From: a virus
Taxonomy: Duplodnaviria; Caudoviricetes
Strand: one strand, 5' to 3'
IMG/VR virus record: IMGVR_UViG_3300030104_000782
Span: 1 to 62,424 of that record
DNA: 62,424 nucleotides
Shown: piece by piece, positions 34,677 through 44,801 of the stretch
Layout of the letters: each line of letters begins with the position of its first letter
Position numbering within the stretch: the stretch's first letter is position 1
Position numbers and translations under genes: made by a program
The notes under the pieces: model-generated
Databases searched by the model: none
What the model was told of the DNA's origin: nothing
The model's input: only the letters and a program-made list of their open reading frames with translations

Positions 34677-37600
34677 TACTCTTCCTCATCTTCATAATTA
34701 TTATAGTCTTCATCATTTAAACCTAAAAGTGCGTTTTCTAATTCTAGTTTCATTTTTTCTAATTGGTCAGGGTTTACTGTAGAGTCTTCTGCTGCAATCT
34801 GTGCTATTATGTCAGCACCCAGTTGACCAGCAGCATAACCTGTTGCTCTGACACTAGGATTCTCTATTATAGTTGTTAAATAACGTAAAGCTGTGGGACT
34901 AGACATAACTTTGGACAGTATGTTTATTCTAAGTAGTGTAGACACGTTTTGTAATGGGTTAAGTGCTACTTGAGCAGCTACTAAGCCACCCGAAAATGAA
35001 CCACTACCTGTTGTTATAAATGCAGATTTTTCTGCAAACCTTTCTAACGCTTGTGCTGTCTCAGCACCGAATGCTGCATTTAATCTTGCAGGTTCAGCAC
35101 GCACAGCTTTTAATAGTCTTTCACCATTTAGTATCACACCAACAGGATTTATCTTAGTTGTATCGTACACATTATCTATAAGGTTTACCATATATTTTTG
35201 TCTAAACTGTTCAACGATTTCAGGTGCTTCTCTACTGTAGTAATTTATAAACCCAGCTACGTCATCTGAACTCGCTTTAGTAGTGAGCCATGGTATAACT
35301 TCTTCAGGTGAAAAATTACCTATCTGTTTATTAAAATTAGCATCTAAAAATTTAAACTGTTCGTCAACAGTTTTAGTGTATTCTTTAACAACATTTGTAA
35401 ACTCACCCATATTACCAGAATCCAGTGCTTGTTGTAGTGAGTTCTTTATTCTTACAGCTTCTTCTTTAGGTATAATTTTTTGAGCATTGTTTAACTGTTC
35501 GAGTGATCTTAATAATGTAGGTGCGCTATCTTTGTATAGCGCAGGATAACTGGTGCCTAACGCTTTTATTTGTTTTAAAACTGAAGAAGCAGAAAAATTA
35601 CCTTCAACATCTGTTGCGTTAGCAACCATAGAATCAAAATGTCCACTCTGTAACATTTTCCTTGCTGCATCTGGATCGTCAGTAGCTTTTAAAAATTGAT
35701 TAATTTTTCCTGGCGAGTTTCTAGACATAACTGTAGAGATTAATTGATCAGGATCTACACCATCTTTGTTCGTAAGTCTTTTAATCAACCTGTTGTCAAA
35801 AACAGCTATGCCTTCACCATAGGCACTTGTAGCTTCTTTTAGTTTTGCCAGTCCTGCTTTTGCTCTTTCAGATTCTTGTGTTGTTAACTTTCGTTCAGCT
35901 GAAACTAGATTACCATTTGCATCTATGTAACGAACACCTTTTACACCATTGCTCACAGCTAAATCAAAACCTTCATTTGCTGCAGCTTTCAACATATTAA
36001 ATTGTTTTTGACCAAAACCAGAGAGCATTTCGTCGGAGAAACCTGCATCACCAAACATAGTTCTAAGAGCAGACATGTGTGTAGCACTGATATTGGCAGG
36101 CATATTCACTATGTCTTGTAAAAGTTGTAAAGTTATTTGACTTACACCACCTACATACTGACCATCAGCAGTTTTAGGTATATCGTTTAATATGTCTTGT
36201 GCTTCTCGTTTTAATGCACTCGTAGGCACTACTGCTTTGTTGCCTAACAGTTGGTCAGCTTCGTTGTACAAAGCAGTCGTTGCATCTTGAAACTCACCAT
36301 ATGCTTTATTTACGTTGCCTGAAAGTTCGCTACCTATGTTTTGTGGTACTTCGCCTGTACCTACTCTACCAGCTAAAGCGTCTTGTTCTGTTTTAACAGC
36401 ACTTTTTAACGCTTCTAACGAAGTGTCTACAGCAGTTTCTAAAACCGATTTAGACTTTTCTCGTTGAAACTGTATTAATGCACCTAACTGTTCTTCTCCT
36501 AGTTTCGGGAAAACTTTACCCATAAATGGGTCGAATGGTTCAGCACCAACTTCTGTTAAAAATCCATCTATCCTGTCTTGTAGATATTTAACATTAACGA
36601 CATTCTTTTGTTGATTATATCCGAATATGTTTTCTGCTAATCCTGCGAATCTACCTAGAAATGGTCTTCCTGTTGCCTTTTGTACATCGGGGATAGCACC
36701 TTCGTCTACTAATTCTTTAACTAATGTGTATGTTTCTCTGACTCCTGGACCAGAAGCTGCATCTACACGAGGAGCATACGTATATGTTTTAAAATTAAAT
36801 AAACCACGCTCACCTGTAGGAATACGTTTTTCAGCAGGAGAAAAAATCATTTTACCACCACCGACTAACGCTCTACCACCGAGTTCTGCTGTAGCACCAA
36901 GTGCTGCTTCAGCAGCAACATCTTTACCTACTTCACCTAAAGTTTGTTGTTGTAACCCAGCAAGAGTTTCTACTCCCTCTTCTACACCTTTTGCTGTACC
37001 TGCAGCTGTACCACTAGCCAAGACTGCTGGACCTAAACCTAAGTTTCGAGTAGCAATACTTGCTAGTATCGTTGCTGTTATTTCTGGTGCACTACCAGCA
37101 AAATCAGCTATATCACCACGTTCAAAAGTTCCAGGATTATCAATAGTAAGAGGCATATCTCCAGGAGTTCCTCCTAATTGTTCACGAAACTCTGGCATAA
37201 TCGCATAACGACCATATTTATCTTGAGTCCAACCAACACCTTGTGGTCCAACGTTCTTAGTAAGAAAGTCTTCTTTTTCACCAGCAGTGTCCATAAAACT
37301 TAGACCTCTGCGTAATTTATTATTTTGTAACCCTGAATAATCGAAACCCTTTTCCCGCATACCAGCGAATATTTCTTGAGCAAAATCTTGTGCTTGTGAA
37401 CCTGCTACTGGCATATCATACATTGGCATGCCTGTAGGATCTGTTGGGAAATCACCACCTAGCATAAAATCTCTTCTAGCTAGATTGTATGCGTTTTCAA
37501 ACTCTTCGTCGGGTAAATTGAACTGGTTACTTAAACGCAGTTGCATGTTTATTAACTCGTCTTCATTTAAACTAGCTAAAAATGATTTCTGGTTTGCAGC

Positions 37601-37684
37601 GTCTAAACCTATATATGCGTTGTATATGTCATCTGTTATCAGAGGTTTAATTTTTAATGCTTCTGATACAGGATCTATCGCCAT
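34676..37684 (-). CDS. Large internal virion/DNA-ejection protein
   Basis: 1002 aa, Gly/Ala-rich hydrophobic segment, position typical of podophage ejection proteins. Confidence 0.6.
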   Translation of the reverse strand: MAIDPVSEALKIKPLITDDIYNAYIGLDAANQKSFLASLNEDELINMQLRLSNQFNLPDEEFENAYNLARRDFMLGGDFPTDPTGMPMYDMPVAGSQAQDFAQEIFAGMREKGFDYSGLQNNKLRRGLSFMDTAGEKEDFLTKNVGPQGVGWTQDKYGRYAIMPEFREQLGGTPGDMPLTIDNPGTFERGDIADFAGSAPEITATILASIATRNLGLGPAVLASGTAAGTAKGVEEGVETLAGLQQQTLGEVGKDVAAEAALGATAELGGRALVGGGKMIFSPAEKRIPTGERGLFNFKTYTYAPRVDAASGPGVRETYTLVKELVDEGAIPDVQKATGRPFLGRFAGLAENIFGYNQQKNVVNVKYLQDRIDGFLTEVGAEPFDPFMGKVFPKLGEEQLGALIQFQREKSKSVLETAVDTSLEALKSAVKTEQDALAGRVGTGEVPQNIGSELSGNVNKAYGEFQDATTALYNEADQLLGNKAVVPTSALKREAQDILNDIPKTADGQYVGGVSQITLQLLQDIVNMPANISATHMSALRTMFGDAGFSDEMLSGFGQKQFNMLKAAANEGFDLAVSNGVKGVRYIDANGNLVSAERKLTTQESERAKAGLAKLKEATSAYGEGIAVFDNRLIKRLTNKDGVDPDQLISTVMSRNSPGKINQFLKATDDPDAARKMLQSGHFDSMVANATDVEGNFSASSVLKQIKALGTSYPALYKDSAPTLLRSLEQLNNAQKIIPKEEAVRIKNSLQQALDSGNMGEFTNVVKEYTKTVDEQFKFLDANFNKQIGNFSPEEVIPWLTTKASSDDVAGFINYYSREAPEIVEQFRQKYMVNLIDNVYDTTKINPVGVILNGERLLKAVRAEPARLNAAFGAETAQALERFAEKSAFITTGSGSFSGGLVAAQVALNPLQNVSTLLRINILSKVMSSPTALRYLTTIIENPSVRATGYAAGQLGADIIAQIAAEDSTVNPDQLEKMKLELENALLGLNDEDYNNYEDEEE

Positions 37685-37686
37685 CG

Positions 37687-39636
37687 TTAATCACCTTGAT
37701 TAGTCATGTTTAGTATGTTTTGACGTAACTGGTTAAGTCTTTCTTCTGAGTTATCCTGACCTCTTGTGTCTTCTTCAGTCATTCCAGGAGGCAGTTGGTA
37801 ATTTTCTAATCTGAAATCTAAAGCATCTAAGTTTCTATCAATAATGTTCATAACTTCTATGTGTCTAGCTTTTTTCTCAGTAAGGTTAGCGAAATCACGA
37901 CCTTTTATATAATCTCTTACTAGCTTTCTATCTTGATCACTAAATCTAGCTTCTTTCAGTATTTCTTCTATTAGATCGATTTCTGCTACACTAGTGTACA
38001 CTTGTGAAAGTGTGGCACCTATAGGTATGTCGAATCCAGGAACTATGTCAGCAGCAGCTCTTGCAGCATTTGTGTCAAACACAAAACCTGCAACACCAGT
38101 TAGGTCTTCAGGAGTTGCTTCGAGTATAGCACCCAGTTTAGTCATCTTATCTTTTACATTATTTAACGCACCTAATCTATTTATGTCTTCTACAGATGCA
38201 TAAGGTAATTGAGTTTTAGCTACATTTAAAATACGCATTACTTCTGGGTTATCTAACGGAATACCAATATCTTCTGCATAAGCTTCAACACTGAACTTAG
38301 CTAAAGGAAGACGTTGTTTTAAAATATCTCCTGCTGGTGTTTTCTCATTAATTTTTCGTGTAGTTTGTGAGTGAAGTAACGAATAGTTTCTAAGTTGTTT
38401 TATTTTTTCAGGTAAACTTAGTGCTTTTAATCTGTCTCTAAAATCTACAGTTTCCATGATATTTAAATCACTTTGTTGCTGTGCTTCAGTTGTGTTACCA
38501 ACTGTCGGTGTCCAACTGCCTGCATCTTTCGGTTCTAAATCAGCAAATAAACCAGATTTTGCAAATTTATCTATGCTTGTTGCTGTGTATGTTCCTAGCA
38601 GTTCAGTCATTTCTTCCGTTGACATACCACTACTACCTTTAGCGTTTGGTTTTCTTTCTAGAACACGAGGATCTTTTCTATCACCTTCTTCGTATAATGC
38701 AACAGAAGCTGGAGTAAATTCTTTTAAAAAATCTAGCGTAGTTGTGCCTTTTTCTCCTTTTCCAGGAAGTCTAACTAAATCGTTGTAGTTATCTGTTTTT
38801 TGAAATTTCGCAACTGATTCAACAGTAAATTTTTCTAATAATTTGTCTACATCTTTTGGAGCAGTTATTAACTGTAAATCGCTGAGTTTACCAGATTTTT
38901 CGTACTTAGCTAAAGATCCAGGTGTTACTTTACCAACTAACCCAACGAGACTTGTTGCTGTAGGAGAACCAGAAGCGAATAAATCTAGTGCTTTTTTCTT
39001 TATGTCTAGTTCTAGTTTATCTTTGTTCGCTTTATTTTGAACCCTTTGGTTAAACATAGTCTGAGCAGTTTTTCCTCTAGCTTTTAATATCGCTTGCCTC
39101 CAGTCTCCAGGCTCGTTCATTAAAAACGTACCGAACACAGAAGCAGGAAGTGCCCAACTAGGTATAGATTCTGTATTGTCACCATCTGTGTACACATCTC
39201 TTACAAACTGTTCAACAGCAGGTAGACCACCTGCTTGTATTAAATCTGATATACTCGTATAACCTTCTTCGACTTCAGGTGGCGTTGCTCCTGATTCATC
39301 TAATGCAAATGCTGTTATAGCACGTATGCCATCTTCCTCATCACCAGCTTGTGCGTTTAGTAAAACTTGACCAATTTCGTTATTAACTTTTTCTCTTAGT
39401 TCTGGGTCATAGTTTGTAGAGTTATATAAAAACTCTTGAGGGTCGAAACTAAGGTCGTTTGAACCACCTCCTGCTATTACGTTAGATAAATCTAAATTTA
39501 AATCTGGTAACGAACCTGCCTCAGCAAACTCGGTAGGATTAAATTGTGGTGTTAACATATCTGTAATACCACCATCTCGTTGCATTTCTTGTTCAGCTCT
39601 AAGTGCTTGTTCTAATATTCTAGGATCTATAGCCAT
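37687..39636 (-). CDS. Internal virion/DNA-transfer protein with FTxxS repeats
   Basis: Four repeats of (F/Y/V)T.xS..K.....DL. Confidence 0.55.
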   Translation of the reverse strand: MAIDPRILEQALRAEQEMQRDGGITDMLTPQFNPTEFAEAGSLPDLNLDLSNVIAGGGSNDLSFDPQEFLYNSTNYDPELREKVNNEIGQVLLNAQAGDEEDGIRAITAFALDESGATPPEVEEGYTSISDLIQAGGLPAVEQFVRDVYTDGDNTESIPSWALPASVFGTFLMNEPGDWRQAILKARGKTAQTMFNQRVQNKANKDKLELDIKKKALDLFASGSPTATSLVGLVGKVTPGSLAKYEKSGKLSDLQLITAPKDVDKLLEKFTVESVAKFQKTDNYNDLVRLPGKGEKGTTTLDFLKEFTPASVALYEEGDRKDPRVLERKPNAKGSSGMSTEEMTELLGTYTATSIDKFAKSGLFADLEPKDAGSWTPTVGNTTEAQQQSDLNIMETVDFRDRLKALSLPEKIKQLRNYSLLHSQTTRKINEKTPAGDILKQRLPLAKFSVEAYAEDIGIPLDNPEVMRILNVAKTQLPYASVEDINRLGALNNVKDKMTKLGAILEATPEDLTGVAGFVFDTNAARAAADIVPGFDIPIGATLSQVYTSVAEIDLIEEILKEARFSDQDRKLVRDYIKGRDFANLTEKKARHIEVMNIIDRNLDALDFRLENYQLPPGMTEEDTRGQDNSEERLNQLRQNILNMTNQGD

Positions 39637-39647
39637 AATTTGTTCCT

Positions 39648-41441
39648 TTAGTTAAATCCTCCAGGTCCCGTACTGCCTCCGCCAACACTACCACTAGCAC
39701 CAACATTGACACTAGCATTGTTAAACGGATTCATAAATGTTTGTCCTAATGCATTAGTAAAACCGCCAAGACCAGAACTGAAATAATCAATATTTGGTGT
39801 ACTTGTCATGTTGTAGTTAGTAGCACCAGCAAGAGGTGCGATACCTTGTGCTATGCCCGAGTACTGTCCTAATAAATTTTGTGGTAGATTGTACTGACCT
39901 ACAAAATTTTGATAAGCTAGATCGTTGATAGCTTGATTCATGTTTCTTTGAGCACCACCTACAGAACCGAGTAAACTTATATCTTGTCTTTGTAGGTTGC
40001 CTAAATTATTACCTATAGCACCCATCTGATTACCTGTTGCTTGTTGTAATCCACCAGCTATTGTGCCTGTACTTCCTAGTGTAGCACCGTATTGATTAAA
40101 TAGATTACCTCCAAGTCTACCGATATTACCTAAAGTGTTACCTAAACCTGAGAAAGCAGCACCTCTAGCAGCACCCAAACTACCTATACCACTAGCTAGT
40201 TGGCTTCCAAGTCCAACACGTTCACCAGTTAAACCTTGTATTGCTGAACCTAGACCACTCAATGCTCCACCACGGATTTGCCCTAGATTAGACAAAGTTG
40301 ATCCTAAATTACCTAATGCTGTACCACCACTCATACCGAAATTAGCTAGTTGATTAGATAAGTTTTGACCAGCTGTTGCTTGTTGTCCTGCTAAACTACC
40401 TAAACCACCTGCTATGTTACCTAACTGTCCAGCAGCACCTGCTTGTCTTCTTTGTTGGTTTTCAAAAGCATTTGCTGCTTGACCCATCGCTTCACCGTAA
40501 CCTCCTCTTCTGAGTTGTGCTACTGCATCGAGTTCTGCTAATCTTTGTGCTTCTGCTAGTTCACTAGCTTGTAGTCTAGATCTTGATCCACCAAATGCAC
40601 CACTCGCGATTGCATTTGCTCTTTGTCTTTGGTCTGCTACTGAACCCTGTTCTCTCACATCACGTAAAACTTGTTGTACAACTTGATCTTCATAAGGATT
40701 CATAAACCTAGAAACAGAAGAAGGGTCAAAACCACGTGTAGCACCTAGCGATGTTCTAGCTGCATCTTGTAGTGTGCCTCTTGCTGTTAAATTTGAACCA
40801 CCTAGTTGACTTCCTAGTAATCCATATGCACCTCTAGCTGTAGAAGTTGCATCACCTAACCCTGCTAATGTTCTTCCTGTGCCTAAACGAGAAAATAAAT
40901 CACCTCTATCAGCACCACTTAGGACAGAGCCTGTTGCTCTGCCATACAAATCTTGTGCTTGATTGAAACCTCTATCTTGTAAACCTTCTAAACCTCTTAG
41001 TCTTCGACCAGCTTCACCGAGACCTCTAAGAGTTTCTCTTGTTCCTATTCTATTGAATAATGCTGCATCTCTAAGACCTGCTAATCCCATGTCTCTTCCC
41101 TGCAATGCTTGTGCACGCTGTTGAGTCAAACCTTCTAAACCTGTAGCAAGACCAGCTTCGTTCAGTGCTGTTTGTCTATTTAAAAATGGGATGTAGCTAC
41201 CGATTGCTTGATCTGCCAAACCGAACGCTGAAAGTTCTCTAGGTGTAAACCCAGCTATACGTTCTCCTTGATATGTAAACGGAGTCGCTCCAGGTTGCCC
41301 GAGTGTGGCAAACTGATTCATCATTGACTGATTTAATAGTGGAAATAATCCAGCTACACCAGAACCTTCTCCACCACCAGCTAAAAATTGTCTTATAAAC
41401 TCAGGAGGAAGAGTGTAACTTGTTGTTTGTTGCTCTGACAC
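39648..41441 (-). CDS. Gly/Gln-rich DNA-transfer (pilot) protein
   Basis: FMNPY...V, GAFGGSR, low-complexity G/L/A/Q helices. Confidence 0.6.
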   Translation of the reverse strand: MSEQQTTSYTLPPEFIRQFLAGGGEGSGVAGLFPLLNQSMMNQFATLGQPGATPFTYQGERIAGFTPRELSAFGLADQAIGSYIPFLNRQTALNEAGLATGLEGLTQQRAQALQGRDMGLAGLRDAALFNRIGTRETLRGLGEAGRRLRGLEGLQDRGFNQAQDLYGRATGSVLSGADRGDLFSRLGTGRTLAGLGDATSTARGAYGLLGSQLGGSNLTARGTLQDAARTSLGATRGFDPSSVSRFMNPYEDQVVQQVLRDVREQGSVADQRQRANAIASGAFGGSRSRLQASELAEAQRLAELDAVAQLRRGGYGEAMGQAANAFENQQRRQAGAAGQLGNIAGGLGSLAGQQATAGQNLSNQLANFGMSGGTALGNLGSTLSNLGQIRGGALSGLGSAIQGLTGERVGLGSQLASGIGSLGAARGAAFSGLGNTLGNIGRLGGNLFNQYGATLGSTGTIAGGLQQATGNQMGAIGNNLGNLQRQDISLLGSVGGAQRNMNQAINDLAYQNFVGQYNLPQNLLGQYSGIAQGIAPLAGATNYNMTSTPNIDYFSSGLGGFTNALGQTFMNPFNNASVNVGASGSVGGGSTGPGGFN

Positions 41442-43009
41442 TATGCTCTCCTTTCGAATTTATCCATCATCTGATACATTTTTCTTGCACCTTCTTCAAT
41501 ACTACCGTTACCTGCACCACGAACAGCATCTGCTGTCATTACAAATTCATTATTAGATAGTTTTGCGTTTATTCTATCTTCTTTTTCTCCTCCTGGACCT
41601 TGTACATATCCACCACCCTCAAACACACCTCCACCTGCTGAGAACATAGGTCTAGATTGTCCTACAAAACGACCACCACCAGCTGCTGCGAAAGTTGGTT
41701 GTTGAAACACAGGGAAAGGAGTCGTTAGACTTGCGAGTCCAGGTGCACTGGGTAGTCTACGTGTAGATAAATTACCAGCCAATAGGTCTAACATTTCGTT
41801 GCCTTTTGTTGTTTGAGCAATAGCAGATTCAAAAGGACTTCCTGCAGTTGGCAACATAGCAGTATTTCCTGCTCGGTTGTCCGTTATAGTTGTCGTTCCA
41901 GTTCTAGGAGCATTTATACCTGTTTGTACAGAGGTCGGTGCGTTGATGTTCGTACCTATTGGTGCTGCACCTGCTTGTGTTCCTTGTACAGATGCCATTG
42001 GTATTGGACCACCAGATGTTAATCCTCGATTCATGTAACCTGCAGCTCCTGCTCCCATTGGTCCACCCATGCCACCTTGTTCTTGTGCTATACCTGTTGC
42101 TACATCAAAACCTGTATTTACAGCCCATTGTTCTAAAGGATTTAAACTAGCATAAGCAGAACCACCAGCAGTAAACAATCCTGGACCAAAAGTACCACTT
42201 CCTAATGACGATAAAATTGTTGGGTCAGTAATACCTATTTGTGCAGCTGCTGTTGCTGCATCCATACCACCTTGCATTAATGTTGACACTTTTGCTGCTT
42301 CTGCACTTGTTAAACCTGCATCCATTAATGTTCCTGTGCCACCAAATCCCATGCTTCGACTAAAACCACCACCGATATCTTGGAAAAAACCACCAATACC
42401 AGATGTTTCGCCAACACCCATAGGAGTCCAATTAGTGCCCTTGAAGAATGCACCTATACCATCCCATGCTGCAGCAAATGGATTACTCCAACCACCAGCA
42501 GAAGTTGCAGCAGTTTTTGCAGCACTTGCTGCATTTCCGACACCTGCTCCTTGTAATACATTAGCACCACCATAAGCGATAGCCATGTTTCTAAGTATGT
42601 CTTCTTTAGGCATAGCGGAAGTTTTAGTTCCTATTCCTGCACCTATAGAAGCACCTATTGGACCACCCACTATGCTTCCTATAATAGCACCTATTACTGG
42701 ACCAGCTTTTTTAACTGTTTTTCTTACACTTTTCCAAGACTTGCTTAACCAACCAAACTCTGGTAATCCTGTAGCTGGGTTGACTGACATAACACCTGAA
42801 CCAACAACATATTGATCCATAGGGATGTCTTCATAATCGAAAGCGTTTTGTAAATCTTTGCGTAAACCTGGATTTTTATCTAAAATCTCTTTGGGAATAA
42901 CTGTTTCACCAACAGTTGTGTGTGACAGCATTGTGTCACCATTACGACCTTGTGCAGCAAGATACTCAGCAGCACCTGCTATCCCTTGTCTTGGGACAGT
43001 TGTCTGCAT
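41441..43009 (-). CDS. Internal virion protein
   Basis: GR.GDT.L.H..GE..NP.TGLPEF N-domain; C-terminal GPG...D.I.A.LS..EFV..ADAVR domain. Confidence 0.6.
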   Translation of the reverse strand: MQTTVPRQGIAGAAEYLAAQGRNGDTMLSHTTVGETVIPKEILDKNPGLRKDLQNAFDYEDIPMDQYVVGSGVMSVNPATGLPEFGWLSKSWKSVRKTVKKAGPVIGAIIGSIVGGPIGASIGAGIGTKTSAMPKEDILRNMAIAYGGANVLQGAGVGNAASAAKTAATSAGGWSNPFAAAWDGIGAFFKGTNWTPMGVGETSGIGGFFQDIGGGFSRSMGFGGTGTLMDAGLTSAEAAKVSTLMQGGMDAATAAAQIGITDPTILSSLGSGTFGPGLFTAGGSAYASLNPLEQWAVNTGFDVATGIAQEQGGMGGPMGAGAAGYMNRGLTSGGPIPMASVQGTQAGAAPIGTNINAPTSVQTGINAPRTGTTTITDNRAGNTAMLPTAGSPFESAIAQTTKGNEMLDLLAGNLSTRRLPSAPGLASLTTPFPVFQQPTFAAAGGGRFVGQSRPMFSAGGGVFEGGGYVQGPGGEKEDRINAKLSNNEFVMTADAVRGAGNGSIEEGARKMYQMMDKFERRA

Positions 43010-43113
43010 TATTTTTTCTTAGATTTTTTATTAGTTTTTTCTTCTACGTATTGACCTTTAGACCAGTCTTTTCCTGCTCTAATTGTTTCTCTCTTACTTC
43101 TCATTCCAGGCAT
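43009..43113 (-). CDS. 34-aa basic peptide
   Basis: MPGMRSKRETIRAGKDWSKGQYVEEKTNKKSKKK; GGAG SD; TAATG overlap. Confidence 0.5.
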   Translation of the reverse strand: MPGMRSKRETIRAGKDWSKGQYVEEKTNKKSKKK

Positions 43114-43240
43114 ATTATTCTCCAATTATATGTAGTTGTTTTAAGGCAGGTTATTGCTGTACCTGAAAGCTGCAGTAGTAAACTGTACTCTTATCATACT
43201 TAAATTCTCTAGAATAATAAATAAAAAATATTTATTTAAA

Positions 43241-43276
43241 AAAAGTCCTTTACTTTATTGTACAATGTTATATGAT
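43241..43276 (+). promoter_or_regulatory. Early-type promoter copy in the late region
   Basis: AAAAGTCCTTTACT, 16 bp, TATGAT. Confidence 0.7.
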
Positions 43277-43307
43277 ATGCGTATAAGAAACAAGAAAGGA
43301 TAATATT

Positions 43308-44042
43308 ATGAGAGATAAACAAAGAAACAAAGTGTATACGTGGGAGCATCAAGCTAGTTGGCGTAGAAAAGATGAACTACTCGACGATGCTCAAGTTTTA
43401 CATATAGTTGAACAACTAGACACTAAGTTAAAATGTAGACTTAAAACTACTGTTAGGTTTACTAACAGGAAAAACCAAAAAGCAACTGCTCAAAATTTTG
43501 GTAAAATTATTACCTTACCAAGATCATGGGCATGTACTTGGGCTGTTGTACTTCACGAATATGCCCATCTGTTAGAACCTGGATATCAACACGGTGCTAG
43601 GTTTGTATCAACGTTTTGTGTATTACTAAAAAACTTTCACCCAGATAAACCTACGTTTCAAGAACTAAGTGCATCGTTGCGAGAACGTAACATAGAGTTC
43701 TCGTCACTACATGGCAACAAGTGGGAAAAACAATGTAAACGTCTATCTATTAACCTTAGTAATGTTAAAAAACCTAAAGACTACGATTTTTTAGAAAACA
43801 CTTCGGTGCGTATACCCATAGGCAAATCTAGTACATATTACACAAAAAACAAGACTACTAGAGTCGAATGGATTTTACGTGAAATACAAGATGTGGTACA
43901 GGATATAAAAGGACATACAGAGTTAGGTTGTTTTAGTTCTGTAAAAGCTAAGTATCTAATAGAGAACGTACAAGACTTAACTGTTGGGGATATAAAATAC
44001 CTGATTAAAACAGGTAGACTTATAGCAAAAAACTCCTGTTAG
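43308..44042 (+). CDS. HEXXH zincin-like metallohydrolase
   Basis: RD.QR.KVY.WE N-terminus; VVLHEYAH...HG..F. Confidence 0.7.
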   Translation: MRDKQRNKVYTWEHQASWRRKDELLDDAQVLHIVEQLDTKLKCRLKTTVRFTNRKNQKATAQNFGKIITLPRSWACTWAVVLHEYAHLLEPGYQHGARFVSTFCVLLKNFHPDKPTFQELSASLRERNIEFSSLHGNKWEKQCKRLSINLSNVKKPKDYDFLENTSVRIPIGKSSTYYTKNKTTRVEWILREIQDVVQDIKGHTELGCFSSVKAKYLIENVQDLTVGDIKYLIKTGRLIAKNSC

Positions 44043-44106
44043 AGGGGTAGTTTACCCTTAGTCAGTATAAGAAAAGTCCGTGGAAGCGATTTATGGACTC
44101 CGTTTT

Positions 44107-44469
44107 TTATGCCCAGACCTTAGTTTTAGTCCCACCCCAATATTTTACGGCATGCCCTTCGTCTATAAGCATAGCACAAATATCCTCTCCGTCAATCGTG
44201 TGGGGTATGCCTAAAATTCTACCATACTTACCTTTGCCTAAAGATTTGACTTGTAGTTTCACACCACATAATTCTTTCAATCTTTCTTTTGCTTTCAAAC
44301 CTAGTGCTTTTTCTGCCAAGTTTCTTGTTCTAGACTCTGGTGTATCTATACCTGCTAAACGCACACGTTGTTTAGAAAGTATTACATTGAATCCTAAATC
44401 TATGTCTACATCGATGGTGTCTCCATCTATGACTCGGACTAATGTACAGTTGTAATAAAATGGTTCCAT
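44107..44469 (-). CDS. Thermonuclease (SNase-like)
   Basis: VIDGDT, RLAGIDTPE and KYGRIL motifs. Confidence 0.9.
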   Translation of the reverse strand: MEPFYYNCTLVRVIDGDTIDVDIDLGFNVILSKQRVRLAGIDTPESRTRNLAEKALGLKAKERLKELCGVKLQVKSLGKGKYGRILGIPHTIDGEDICAMLIDEGHAVKYWGGTKTKVWA

Positions 44470-44471
44470 AG

Positions 44472-44801
44472 TTATAAAGTAATAGTTATATTCCCGTTAG
44501 TTTTTACAGATACTGCACCCACCTCAGCATTTGCTTGATATCCTTTTGGGTTTGTAGGTGTAGATATATCTAGCCAAAATGAACCAGTGTATACTTGTAG
44601 CACACCAACAGATGTGTTCCAAATAACTGTGCCTGGATTAAAAAACAAAGTATCACGCAATGATGTGTCTATTTGTCGAGTATTGTCAGGATCGAACTCT
44701 CCTAGATTTATTTCTAAAACACGCACTAACCTGTTGTATGTGTCAGCAGTGAGTTCAGAACCTATCGCAACTGGCAAACGTGACGAAAGAAGTTTACTCA
44801 T
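44472..44801 (-). CDS. Putative tail component
   Basis: 109 aa after tail hub gene. Confidence 0.5.
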   Translation of the reverse strand: MSKLLSSRLPVAIGSELTADTYNRLVRVLEINLGEFDPDNTRQIDTSLRDTLFFNPGTVIWNTSVGVLQVYTGSFWLDISTPTNPKGYQANAEVGAVSVKTNGNITITL

